DNA of 64,000 nucleotides from Fimbriosthenelais zetlandica (Eukaryota): NCBI GenBank assembly GCA_977030845.1, contig OZ365116.1, positions 20,212,001 to 20,276,000 of the forward strand, read 5' to 3'. Shown piece by piece: positions 25,401 to 37,900 of this stretch (position 1 is its first letter; each line of letters starts with the position of its first letter). The notes under the pieces were generated by a model. It saw only the letters and a program-made list of their open reading frames with translations, ran no database searches and was not told where the DNA came from. The position numbers and the translations under genes were made by a program.

Positions 25401-28400
25401 AAATCATGATGTGCTAAATTGAAAACCATGGACGAAGCCCAAAATATGACCGACTTCTCCACATCCCCTTTTTCTACAATGAAATTTTCACCCGAGTAAC
25501 TTGCATGTCAATGCAGAACATAGTCTCAACTTTGTTCAATAGATTTCAAGTTATTTAATAGTGATCACTATGCCTGCAACAGTAAAAACGTGCCAGTTAC
25601 ATCAAATGTCTCACCAACTCAAAACTAAAAACTTTTCTTTCTGAACTGAGACTACCATAAATGTTAATGGCAACAGGTGAAAAGTTTGGTTGAAGTTTTC
25701 GTCTCCATAAAATGGCATTTTCCTGCATTAATGGTTTAAAATGATAAAATCACAGATAAATTACCTCCATAATTGATTTTATGTCAAAAGGAAAGTGATA
25801 CTGAAATTTTGGAAGCGATTCTATACCTCCCTCCTGAGTACATGCCAAAACAAACTGGCACTTTTCAAAATTCAATACGGAGAATACCCCGTATTTGATT
25901 CCTAATTACTTAATCAAATTGTTGGAAGGAATTAACGAGTAAGTTGAAAATTATTTGAATGTACGTATCGTAAGAAGATACGAGAGTTTCCCAAGTCTAC
26001 AAAAGGTTTTCGGTTTCGGATAATCGATGTTAAATTCTCTTTAGTCTAGAACAGTGTATAAAAAGAATAATAAACTATTTGTGGACAGTATGTAGCAATA
26101 GTATGACAGGAAACAGATGTGGCAGTTTGCCCTTAAGGGTGTGCGTGGGAAGGGTACTTATTTTTGTGATTTTGTTTGTGATGTCCTGCATTATTGTATG
26201 TAAGAGGAATGTATGTTACATGGGTTAGATATAAACAAGAATGACACGTATAACTTTTCCCATCCATGCATTGAAACACAACTTTACTGCTGTGCGACAA
26301 TCTCACCCTGCCTGTGATATTGCATTTGGAATTGCCTCTGCTGCGACCAATGTGCATGGCACGATGTGCATTATTTAGAGCATTCAGTTGACGTGGGCTT
26401 CAAGTTGCCAGCTTCCAACAGTGGCAGTGGCCAGCTCCATGGTCTAAACGCACTGTCAACAAATGTATGAACTCAGGATGAATATAATTACTAATGGCTT
26501 TAATGCATAATTGAATGTGGTGGATCATAGGGTTTCAATGGATTTGTACGTATATATACCTGTATCAGGTGAAGTACAACCGCTGCACCCATTGAGGGAT
26601 GTAACTGGGTCTGTTAATAAAACAGATGTAACCTGCATTCATTTGTAACCTGCATTCACAAGCCCAGTACATTATAAAGCAGAGCATGCTAATAAAAACT
26701 ATATTAAAGCACTGCAGGTATCATAGGCGTGTAAAGTTCGACATAGACCACAGCCACTGGGTAGAGTTTTAGGGGCACAATGTTACTATTCACACCGTTT
26801 CAAGAAATTGTTCCCTTTTCGGATGGGTGGACTTTGTACTTCTGCCTACCCGCACTAAGAGCACCCACATTATCCATTGATAGAGAGAACATGCCTAAAG
26901 CAGTGTTTCCACTGTTCACGACATTAGTCATTTCTTGTATGGTCATGGCAGAATGCTGCCAAATAAAAGATAGACAGGCATTGCCTTTAAGATACTGATA
27001 GGTGGTATCTCCCATGTCTGACACAGTCCGATACGAGGCTGGAGAATAGCTTGTAGTCGACACGCCTGTGTCTGGCAAATCTTAACCATTAAATCCCAAA
27101 TGGGAATTCGGAAGTTTAATTCATATTCAGGGCAGTCTTGCATGAATCTACGAAAGTTATAATATTGAGGCAAAGATGTTTTGTTCATATTTCAAAATTC
27201 TTCTTCCTTGATATAGACAGACTTGACTTGCATCAAACTTAAATCACACCTGTTCCATACTTGACCATTATAGCAGAGACTCGTCCAAGTGCCTGTCTAC
27301 TCACACTGCCTGCTCACCTTTGGTGATAACAGCTTTTGATGAGCCAGCTTTTACCATCAACAGACAGAACAGTTGTCTCTGATATGTATATACGAACAGG
27401 TGGCTGAATAGTTTCATATAAAGAGCTCCTCACCACACATCAAAGACTTAAGATTTACTTCAACACAGAGGAGAACGATATAACACAGGCGCTATCTAAT
27501 TACGATGTTTTCAATAGGTTCGAGAGGGTTTAGTAGTTAAATCAGGAGGGACAGGTCTTCAATAGAAAACCTTAAGTAGATATAGGTGATGGTTCTTAAA
27601 CCAACAAAGTGGAGTGGAATACCTGGTTATTATGGATATATATTTATCCATTTCGGTAAGGACTTCAATACCAGCTAGGTTTAAGTTCAAACATAGACCA
27701 AGGAAACATGAAAGTCAAGGTGTATATGGGTTATTCTCGTCTTCAATGCCCATAGAAAAGAGAAAAGAGAAACATCTGTATATGTGTGTGAGATTCATAG
27801 CTTCAATGAACATATACTCACTCAGAATACCCTTCCTGGATGCCCCTATTTTCGTTGAATGACGAGTACTTGCTGAAGGCTTGATGAATCATGGCATTAA
27901 AGCGTCTGGCATATCATTGACCATACAGGCATTGCATAAAGGTCAATGAAATGGTCCTTTTCCTGAACTTGTCATCCAAACTAGTCATGCCGTACCTAAA
28001 GTAAAGAAAACACGTGAAATTAGACTCGGGTTCTTGTACTACACAGATTTGTGAATGTCTCCAACTTTTGTCATATTCTAAATAATCTCTGTATTTTCTT
28101 TCCAGATCCAGGGTATTCTACCATGATTGACAGTTGGCATAACGACCCAAAAAGGTAAGTTTAATTATAGCTGCATTTCTGCCAATGTTAATGATGCCAG
28201 ATGGTGATGCATACATTCCATGACATTAAGCTCACCCTAGAACAGATAAGGCCTTTACCTCGTGGTGAATACGACATATGCATACTCTTGGAAGCCGCAT
28301 TAATTTGTCTAACTGAACTCGGGAATACTGGGGAAGATCATAGTACAAAGTGCAAAAAGGAGCATCCATTAGTCAAGCAGCCGTTTAACATTGCATTTAT

Positions 28401-31400
28401 GATCATCAAAGAGGCCAGAAAAACACCGAGTCATAGGAAGTCCCTCCCATTCGTCCCATCTATGACATGCATTATTAAGACGATCACTTGGTGCATGACA
28501 ATGCATGGAGAGATAGTCATGCCAAGTGGGCCTGCACAGGGTGGCAATGTTAGTGTGAACTAGGTTGAAGGGCAGGGAATGCGAATAAACACCAGTAGCC
28601 TATAGTTAACCTAAAATACATGCCGCAAATCTTTTACACAACCCTCATAGAGGGCGTCTGTTCTCGTTCTTATATTATTTTCTTTATTCAACATATGTAT
28701 GTACGGTTTATCAGTAAACCGAACATACAGGCTCACAAAGCATTCGTAAATGAAAAATCGTCCCATTTAATTTATACTCATTTAACTGCACCACACACAA
28801 GCCTAGTGACCTAGTTAGTCCATAACTGGTGGAGACCCATCCTGGATACACGTCGGTAAGGCGGGGACACGTCCTGGTTACGCGTCGTCAACGTTAGAAG
28901 CGTAACGTCGTGTCAAGTGGCGGGGGGGGGGGGGGGGGGGGGCGGTCGTGGGAACAATTCAACTCAGTGACCCGAAAGAGACATTCCCACACAGCTAAAC
29001 TTTGCATTGTGATGTTCTTAAAGGTTCAGTATGAAATTAGGTCTATTAGTACTTAGACAGTTGGCATTCCCCTCTTGGACCCAGCCAGGATTATAGACAT
29101 CTATAGTCCATAACTAGGCCTATACATTATGAATTAAAGCACGGCAAAGCAGATTTCTGTTGAAGGATAGTGAATGGTGGGGTATAAGGAAGTCAGACAT
29201 TGCATGTTCTAACCAATGACGCGTCACACAGCTTTGGTCTGGCAGACATTCTTAATGTACCATCAGACAAGTTCAGATCTGACAATTCGTGAGCCATTGG
29301 CGAGGTGATAAACACGAGCAATGCCACTTTTTCCCTTTGACGCGGGGACAACCATTGTTGTTGCGAATTTATTCTCTAAAGTACTTCTCTAAAAATAAAT
29401 TCTTTTCAGACCTCCTACGTAAGATTTTGTTATGTTCATTCATAGAAGCTTTACTAAACCGGATGCTATGAAGAAAATGTTCTTTCCGGTGTCATTACCT
29501 AACGGAAAATCTTTATTACTCGCCCATACGGACCAGGGACCGTGGATGCAATAACAACGATGCATATCACAAACATGCTGGGCCTATTGCATCATGTCTA
29601 TAATCCTTCTTTATTTATAGACTGCTAGTCTGTTGAAGGAGGTAATTAATCTAGGCACAAACAAACACCCAGCTTAGAAGATGAGCTTTTATTCCACTAC
29701 TTTGATGGGTTATCATTGTATGATGAGACCATTTCCGTTCAGGCTTAAACCTGCTAGAGAAGAGCCTACATGAGCAGCTCTTTGATTGCTCAATCTTCAG
29801 TGGGGAGTGGCCAGGTATTAGAAAGGGTGGATAATGAGAGGGATGAAGAGGGATTAAGCTTAACTATTGTTGGAAAGGTGGTGAAGAGTTCTCTAGCCAT
29901 CAGGTCCTTCCTGGATCATTACTAAGGAGTGAGGAGATGACTATAGGAGAGTTGAGTCGTCATGTTACAGACATGGTCGTTCACACAAACATCCTTTGTC
30001 TAACAAGTTACTTCTAATCTAGGCCTGTCATGTGACATTGACAGCTAACACAGATCCCCAGAAGATGTACCTGGTCAGCATTAAAACTTAGAAAAGATGG
30101 TAGGAATCTCATAAAGTTTTCATGAATCTTAGGATTAAATCTTGTACTATCGGTCATACTCAATATATAGAGTTAAGACTGAAATGATGAGGTTGCATGG
30201 AATCGTCGCATAGTCTATATAATCAACAATGAAATAACTTTGGCTAGGACAGGAATGTAGACTTCATGCCATCCCTCTGGATAGCATTCAGTGTCTGTAT
30301 GTACCTTGTAAGATGGCCACCGTTTGTTTCCTATAACAGTAGGTAACATGGATCTTTAATTATGCAGGGACTGACGTGTGGCTTGACAATATACCTCAGA
30401 TAGCTTTACACGGGAATGATGCATTTATGTCATGGAATTGCTGGCATATTCTTATATATACACCCCACTGGGTAATCTGGCTGTTGGCTGGGATTCATAA
30501 GAGAGAACATTATCTATTCATGTTTGGAGAAACTAAAAAGTTTAGTTTGGGTGTTCATTTCTGGAACATATAAGAGAAACCCTACAGTCAGAGGCTATAG
30601 CGTATGCAACAATAAAGTACACTTTTTATTGCAATTTTTGTTTTCATCTTACTTTTGGGAAAGATATATATCTCCTTTTGTACATCCTTTTGGGATCTGA
30701 CAGGCAATGGTTGTCAGTTCAGAGCTTTCAATCTCCTCGCTGTAATTAATGTTTTCCAGAGTTTCCAGGAGAATGGTCATATAATATATTATATACTCAA
30801 TACAGGGAAAATTTCCTGTTAGCCATTTATGGTACTGTGGTCACAAAGGGGTAGCATTTCATACAGGCAGTTCAGATTGCACCTCACTGACACAGAGATG
30901 TCTGACAGTGCTGACACAGGTGGAGGCAATCTGAGTTCATCATCTCATGAAATTAAAACCACCCAACACCACAGCATATCTCGCCAAAGAGAATGCTCAG
31001 GTTTTTATGTAACCTAATGCATGCTGTAACAAAAGGACTCATTTTTATTAGTACACCTTTTTCTGACTGACTTTTTTGAAATTGACACGTGAACAACTTT
31101 TTCCCCTTAAGAGAACTTTAGGGACTAAAACTTGCAGGAAGTGGATGTTTTCTTAACACATTATAAAAAGTCAAGAATAAGAATATAAAAAGACAGAAGG
31201 TATCAAGTTAGCTTGATGTACACTCAACCATTTTTCCTACCGAGAACTAGAGTAATTAACTTTTAAAAAGATAGACACGTACAAGTCACACAAGAACAAT
31301 TTATCTTGCGATCAAACTAGTTTCAATCTCAAGACTTTTTTTATGGAAATGAAAGTGCGATACGTGAGAGCGGGTATATAGTGTATATGTGAAGCCATCT

Positions 31401-32011
31401 GTACTCATCTATTATTCTGTCTCTTCAGGAAGGAGGAAGGTACGCCACCTCTCCCCTCTACAGCAGCCATGTGTATCCTCCTCCGGTGTCCAGGTCTAAC
31501 TGACGCCCAGCTTCGAGCCTGCTACCACCGGAAGTGTACAGATCTCGACCTCGGCCAGGAGAGAGGGGGCTCTGCTGCCAACCAAGAGGGCGTTACTTGT
31601 GTACAGGAGAAGTGCCCTTCTCTCCAGGGGTCACTTCTAAAAGCCTGTGCCCTCTACAAGTGTGGAGATCTCATTGCGTCACGTGATTACCCACCTGAGG
31701 TGGAGCGCCGTGGAGGAATCCGTGGCCTGTGGCCTGATGAATTTGAAACGCGCATGGTTGAACGCGGAATGTGGCCCGATGAGTATGAAACTCGTGATGT
31801 GAGGGAAGAAAAGAGAGTAGGCGAAGATAGGTCACTTGTCCGGCGAACACGCTCTGATGCTACAGACCCAGAGGAGATAAAGAGGGCCAAAAGTGTGAAA
31901 AAGTCAGTCAAGAAGAGATGGAGCACACGAATCTGCATGGAATCCCATTGCAAAAACGCTCACTCTAAAGTGCAATATTTTATGTGTGGCCAAATGCATT
32001 GCCACAGATGA
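19418..32011 (+). CDS. Secreted prepropeptide with three C-x4-C-x10/11-C-x4-C modules and dibasic cleavage sites; 3 coding exons, 227 aa; family not recognised
   Basis: Exon 19418-19469 (MRTTAFLLFIFLQILMP, phase-1 donor G|GTAAGA), exon 28106-28154 (DPGYSTMIDSWHNDPK, phase 1 to 2, TTCCAG acceptor and AG|GTAAGT donor) and exon 31429-32011 (acceptor CTCTTCAG, phase 2). The phases fit exactly and give signal peptide + KR site + Cys modules. The long-range joining of exons is inferred. Confidence 0.75.
20147..20163. repeat. poly(C) tract
   Basis: About 17 consecutive C. Confidence 0.9.
28922..28942. repeat. poly(G) tract
   Basis: About 21 consecutive G directly after a CpG cluster. Confidence 0.9.
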
Positions 32012-32299
32012 CGTGGTTAATCCTGAAGTGGCGGTAAATTAGTGAGTGGTCGCTGAGGAATAAAACCACCATCAGTGATCACGACCATCATCATTGGTTG
32101 CACCTACACCTGCCTAGTGCTGTTGTGATCTGGTCACAACCCTACCCCTTGCTTCTCAGTGCTCCTCCCTATTTATTAATATTGTCTGTCTTGTTTTAAT
32201 GTAAAGCTTTCATTTGTAGCAGAATGTGAAAAGATCATATATAGAATTTTTTCTAACATTGCATCATTTTTACTATTGGACATGTATACCATAATTTGA

Positions 32300-33850
32300 G
32301 CAAAGTGACAAAGTTTAAGATAAGGATTGGGAAGAATGGTGAAATTGGAGGCGGATTTTACATAGAGAATTAAGATTAAAAAGTGAAGATGGTCATGGTC
32401 AGTTATTAAATATCAATAAAATCCTCCTTTAAGAATTAAGACATTGAATAATTAACCCATGGTTGGCTTAAAGAAGTCAGCCAATTTAGAAAAGAGATGC
32501 ATTCCTGCAGAATGGATATTATCAATAGTAGATATCTGAATAGAAGAAACTATTAGAAGATGCCAACCACTGAGATAATTAAATTCAATTCATGTAAACT
32601 TTGTTATAGTGCAGATTGCGAGATTAACTGCAGTGGAGGATTCATTATTTTTCTGAACGAAACAATAATTATGTGAAATAATTTCCAAGTGAGCTCCCCG
32701 ATATAGTTCACCCAATACAGATGTTATCTTCAGCAATAAACAAGGGAATTGTGTATTATTTCTACATGTTAAGTTTTAAAATATCAAATGTTCTAAGAAA
32801 TGATATCTACTTTGGTCCATCCAGAGGTAAGTATTTTAACAATTCTCCAAAGCAAATAATTTGAAACAGAGGTATAGATAGGTATGAAGTAATTGGTTTC
32901 AAGTAATATGTTTAGGGACAACATCATGATGCCTTGCTAAGACAGGATGAAACTTCCTATAGGCGGAAGAGATAAGTTCTCTCATACATTTTAAATACAT
33001 CATTCAATCAGCTCTATCAATAAAATGATCTCTATCACTGCATCAGCAGCATGTAAATGCCGGTGTTCAGCACAGTCTATTAACGAGATATTAATCTAGG
33101 TAAATAAGGAAAGTAATGGTACTCATTATGCACAAGTGATTTCATATCTGGTTCAATATACGCTGTTGCCATATATAAATAAAGCCATCATGTCTTTCTT
33201 AATGTTCTCATTTTACTCGAAGAATATAGGAATGGAAAGCAAGGAGATTAAAATCATCATGTTTTAATACCTTGCATGCCTCATTACCAATACATTTAGA
33301 GTATTGCAGTCCATGTAATTCATGGGATATAGTTACTGATGGATGAGAATGCGAAACTAATTAATAGCTCTTTACTTATAAGGCCAGCCACTTCATGCAT
33401 ATGTCATACAATGTACTTTCACAATTGGTATTAATGGTCATGGACTGGGGTAAAATCAAATCAGATTCTAGGAATTATGCCTCATGAAGACTATACTGCA
33501 TTACGCTAACAGTGTCATCTCATTTCGTCAATAACTGAGTGACACAAACAGTAGCTAGTTTGAACTTAAAAAAGACTAGTAAAACCAGGAGGAGAAGCTA
33601 CTTTATCAATGAGGAGTTTAAAACCATGATAAATGACCTGATATCCTCCGAGCCCACTTCAATAAAGCCCTTTCCCACCTTGTTCTTCAGCCTGGAATAA
33701 TATACCAGCAATATTCTGGCGTTCAATGGAGCCCTGCTGGACAATCTCTCCAACAACCCCTGTCAGCCTCCAGCCTGAGCCTTTAGTTCACATGCTTGAG
33801 GCCACTGCATTCCATTGATAGCAAGGCTTGTCAAACATCATGCAGTAAGC
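32300..33850 (+). mobile_element. Possible heavily decayed non-LTR retrotransposon (RT) remnant
   Basis: Broken frames give LHYANSVIHF (like LLYADDxVL) followed by SLNLKKT (like GLxLNxKKT) at about 33495-33585, and NPWL near 32455. There are many stops, and the resemblance is by eye only. Confidence 0.3.
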
Positions 33851-34905
33851 TGCCTGATATATTAGATCTTTGATTAGGAATGAAAAATCGGTAAAATCGC
33901 ATAAAGACCTGCAATAATGTCATGGCTTACGTTGTTGGCCTCCCTTAGCAACCCCAAGTCCATACACATGCTTTTTTAGTTGGTTAGACTGTCAATCATA
34001 TTGAATGCCCTTTCCATGATCTCTGACCCCAAACTGTTTCCCCAATAGTTGGCAGTGCTTTGAGGCAACAGCTATGAACGTGACAAGGCCCACTAGAGGG
34101 TGGAGGGGGCGATCTTGTGTGAAGTATTGAAAGGGATATGTAGGGTCCCTCTATGGCCCACAGCAAAGCAGGAACATTTGAAAACCAATACGCCAACGCT
34201 GACGTACCGTAAGAGCTTGGAAACAAAGCCTTTCAGGAGCACCGGCTGTTGCAACTGTTCTCTGATTATTTATTCATGGCACAGAAAATGGGAAAACAAT
34301 CGCATGGACATCTATTTATAATTCATAAAGTGACCAGACTCCCTAAAGAGATAAGATACACAGACAGAGCTGGAGCATTGGGAAGATATCTAGGAAGCCA
34401 TCTGAAGTGCCTGCACTTTCATGTCAAGTCTGTTCTCACTCAAATCACACATGCCTTTAAAATATTTCGTTATTTCTGTCAAATATACCAACACTTGTAT
34501 TGAACCATGTTCATATCAAGTTCAATTCACAACTGAACTATTTCACCAGATGGAAACATGTTGCAGATCATTTTTTCATCTGAAGCACCAATTATCAATA
34601 ATCAAGACGTCATGAAATCATACTCTTGAGATCAGCTAAAGAAACATGTTTATTTTATAAGAATTCAAGACAACACGTTTACACCATACTAGGCCTACAA
34701 ATATAAACTTTTTCTGGCATATTATTATCCTATCCTTACATAAATGGTAATGTAGAACACAAAACGACGATTATGATACAGCTTAACAAAGTAAGAAAAG
34801 CAGCCTGATTTCTAAAATACTTCTTTACAACTGTTCCTATTCACCTGCCTGAGGTGAGACCTGTTCCTAAATAGATACTTAACTTGAGTCATATTTTTAC
34901 TTTTC

Positions 34906-37900
34906 TCATGATAAAGTATCACTTTTACTTCGTGCCATTTTCTTCCTTAAGACTCTTTTCATATTGTTTAAAGGACCCCTCTTCTCAGAGGAAGCCATGC
35001 TACGTATCAACTCCCTTTTCACTTGTCGTAGTAATTCATCCATAACTGCTGTTACGCCTTCTGGGGCTTCAGCAATAGAAATTTCAAAGCTAGGACAGCC
35101 AAACTTGGCCGCCATATCAGTAGATTCCTTTTCAGATATACAGCGCGCGTGTGCCAGGTCCCGCTTGTTGCCTACCATGACCAGCGGTAGGGTACTGTCT
35201 GGTTTACGCATACTCCGTGTGAGGGCGTGGTAGTGAGTAAGTTTGGTGAAGCTTTCTCTATCTGTGAGGGAATACATGAGGATATATCCATCCGCCCATT
35301 TTATATGGTTCTCAAGGGTGGCTCGTCCACTCTGGAAAAGGAAAATCATTTATAAAGAAAGTATTTATGATCATATACCATCGACACAATTTTACTATCA
35401 GGCCTCATCTAAACTTACATCATTTGCAGTATCCAAAATGTCTGTCGTTACTTCCTCCCCACGGTCCCATGGTATACGATGTGTGTACAACATTTCTGAA
35501 TTAAACAAAAAATAGCAGGATGTCATAACTGGATATCAGAATGGAACGACAAAATTGACACAGAAAGTCGATCATGTTGACCTACCCTTGTTGGGGTCAT
35601 ATTCACCAATGAATCTTCTTGTTATATACCGCACAGCAAATGCTGAAACAAACAAAGTATTTGCTTGAAGTGGGTTAAAAGTGTTGTGAAATGTTTTCAA
35701 TATAACGGTAATTATAATCAAAGTTGTAATTGGACAGCACTCTAGTACAAGATATACAATCATTGGCCTCTGACCTGGGGGTGCAGCAAAAGCTATTCCA
35801 TCCATCTACTGAGGACATTCACTCACATTCACCGATGTTCATGGTAACGTTTGTATTGAGTCATTGTGTTGCTATGACACAAAGCTTCTTAGTGGAACCT
35901 CACCAGCAAGGATATCCTACAGGTACCCCTAGTGGATGAGGGAGAAGTTAAACCCAAACTAAAGTCATATAGGTCTACTACCTAGCTCCATGGAGCAGCT
36001 CACCATATGGTCGTATGTTTATGAGCATATTGAGGTGACCTAAATCCTTCCAGCCCAGAGGAACCACCTTGCTGCAGGTAATGCGAGTAGCAACGGTGCT
36101 CATAGGAGTTACTCACAAGAAACTCAGTCAAAGGTGAGAACAATCAACCCTATACGTCCTGAGGCAAAGCTCTAACCTGTGTTTTCTCTTGTTTCCTTTT
36201 CTTGCTGCTCTCTGTCGCCCTCTCACCCCTTCCCTCTCGCTCTCTACCCCTTCCCTCTCCCCCCCCCCTTCCCTCTCTCCCCCCTTCCCTCTCTCTTCCC
36301 TCTTTTTCTATGTGATTAACGCACTACATATACTACTTCTCTCACAAAAGAAGTCAAGTGAATAGAGAGTCCCTGCACAGTATACATTTTATTTAGTAAA
36401 GCAGTCTATACGTGTACATGATGTACGTCTTACCACAGAATATTCCTGTCGTAAGACTTCAATTCAGATTTTAATTTAGGCCACACATTTTTATTATGAA
36501 CATAATTTTCGGTTCTCAAGGGGAGTGCCTATTGTATGCTCACTAGTTTGCGTTTCTCATCATCTTCTTTCCCTTTGCAGCAAGAACACAGTATCTTAGA
36601 CAGGAAAGGTCGAATATCAGGTAATAGCAGCACCCAAAGGTAAGGTATAACTGCCTTGTATGTGATGAAAACGTAATAAAAGACCATAAAAGCATAGAAT
36701 GCCTCGTTTGGCATGTTCATTACACGGAAAAGCATTGACATTATTTCCATTGGCAGAGTCATAATCATTGTAACAATGAGGGTTATCCACACCAAAAGGA
36801 AATATTTCTTGAGATCAGTAGACTCGCCATCCAGAGACTGATGTTCTTTTCTGCAGCAGCAGGGAAGCAGAATACATGCCAGAATGAAGAGAGTGAGAAT
36901 AGGAGGACATTGGATCAAAGGTGTGATGAATTTATCAGAGTGTCCTATAGGGGTACTATAACAATAGGCTCCCCCATTATGTCTTGCTATGGCCGGCCTT
37001 TCTGACACCGTGACAGTGATGATTCCAACAATCAAGGACAACACCCATGTGGCAATAATAAAGCCTATAACAAACTTCTTTCTGGCATAACGCCCGGGAT
37101 GAAGCTTACTCAGAACTAAATCCAGAGCGATGAAGACAAAGGTATAAGGAAGCACTGGTAAAGAGTTAGTGAATATAGCCGCAGCACAAGACGGCAAAGT
37201 GACGTGGTTTCTTTTTGTCGAATCAATAATAATGGGGTTGGCGACCAGTAGCTTCAGGAGAAGCCCAATCATACCACTTATGACCAGCCAATGGGTGGGA
37301 TTTTTGCGATGTTCCTCCTTGCAAAAGATAAGAGCAAGAAGTAGCAGGACACCCAGGAGGGCAACTATAGTTGTAACCACATAAACGACGACCACAGCAA
37401 CATTAACTGGGGCATCTTCACCCTCAGAGTCACGGACATCAAGAAAATGCATCTCTGCCAGTGTTACACCAGAGTTATCTGGAAAGATCAATGAACTCAC
37501 TACTAATATGTTGTGATGGTAAAATTATAATATAGATTAAAAGGCATGGCTTTTCCTCTATGAATATAAGGAATTAACTCAGCTTGGCAACTCACTCTGA
37601 GTAAATTCTTCCGTTCTCAGGTTGTGCTCACCAAACTTTGGGTCCTCTGACTTTTCCCGTCTTGAAGACCAATGAGAAAAGCCTGATCACCGTGAAACAA
37701 AAGAACTGCATTGTTATTGTCTCTCCAATATGTAAAATGCTATACATGCCTTCAGTGATATAAAATGGATATTCAGTGGTCTGCTTCACTAGATACTTCA
37801 TACGATATATAGCTTACATGAGTCAAAGGAAACTTACCCACTGAAAACTGAACCTCTTCACCAACCAAATGAAGCTGTATGAGCTGTGATACTCAGAATG

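Noticed and set aside
28201-28563. ORF 120 aa (+)
   Set aside because: Intronic, no motifs, no flanking splice signals that fit the gene.
30376-30573. ORF with FSLGVHF, reminiscent of a CR1 RT C-terminus
   Set aside because: A single short motif with no supporting neighbours.
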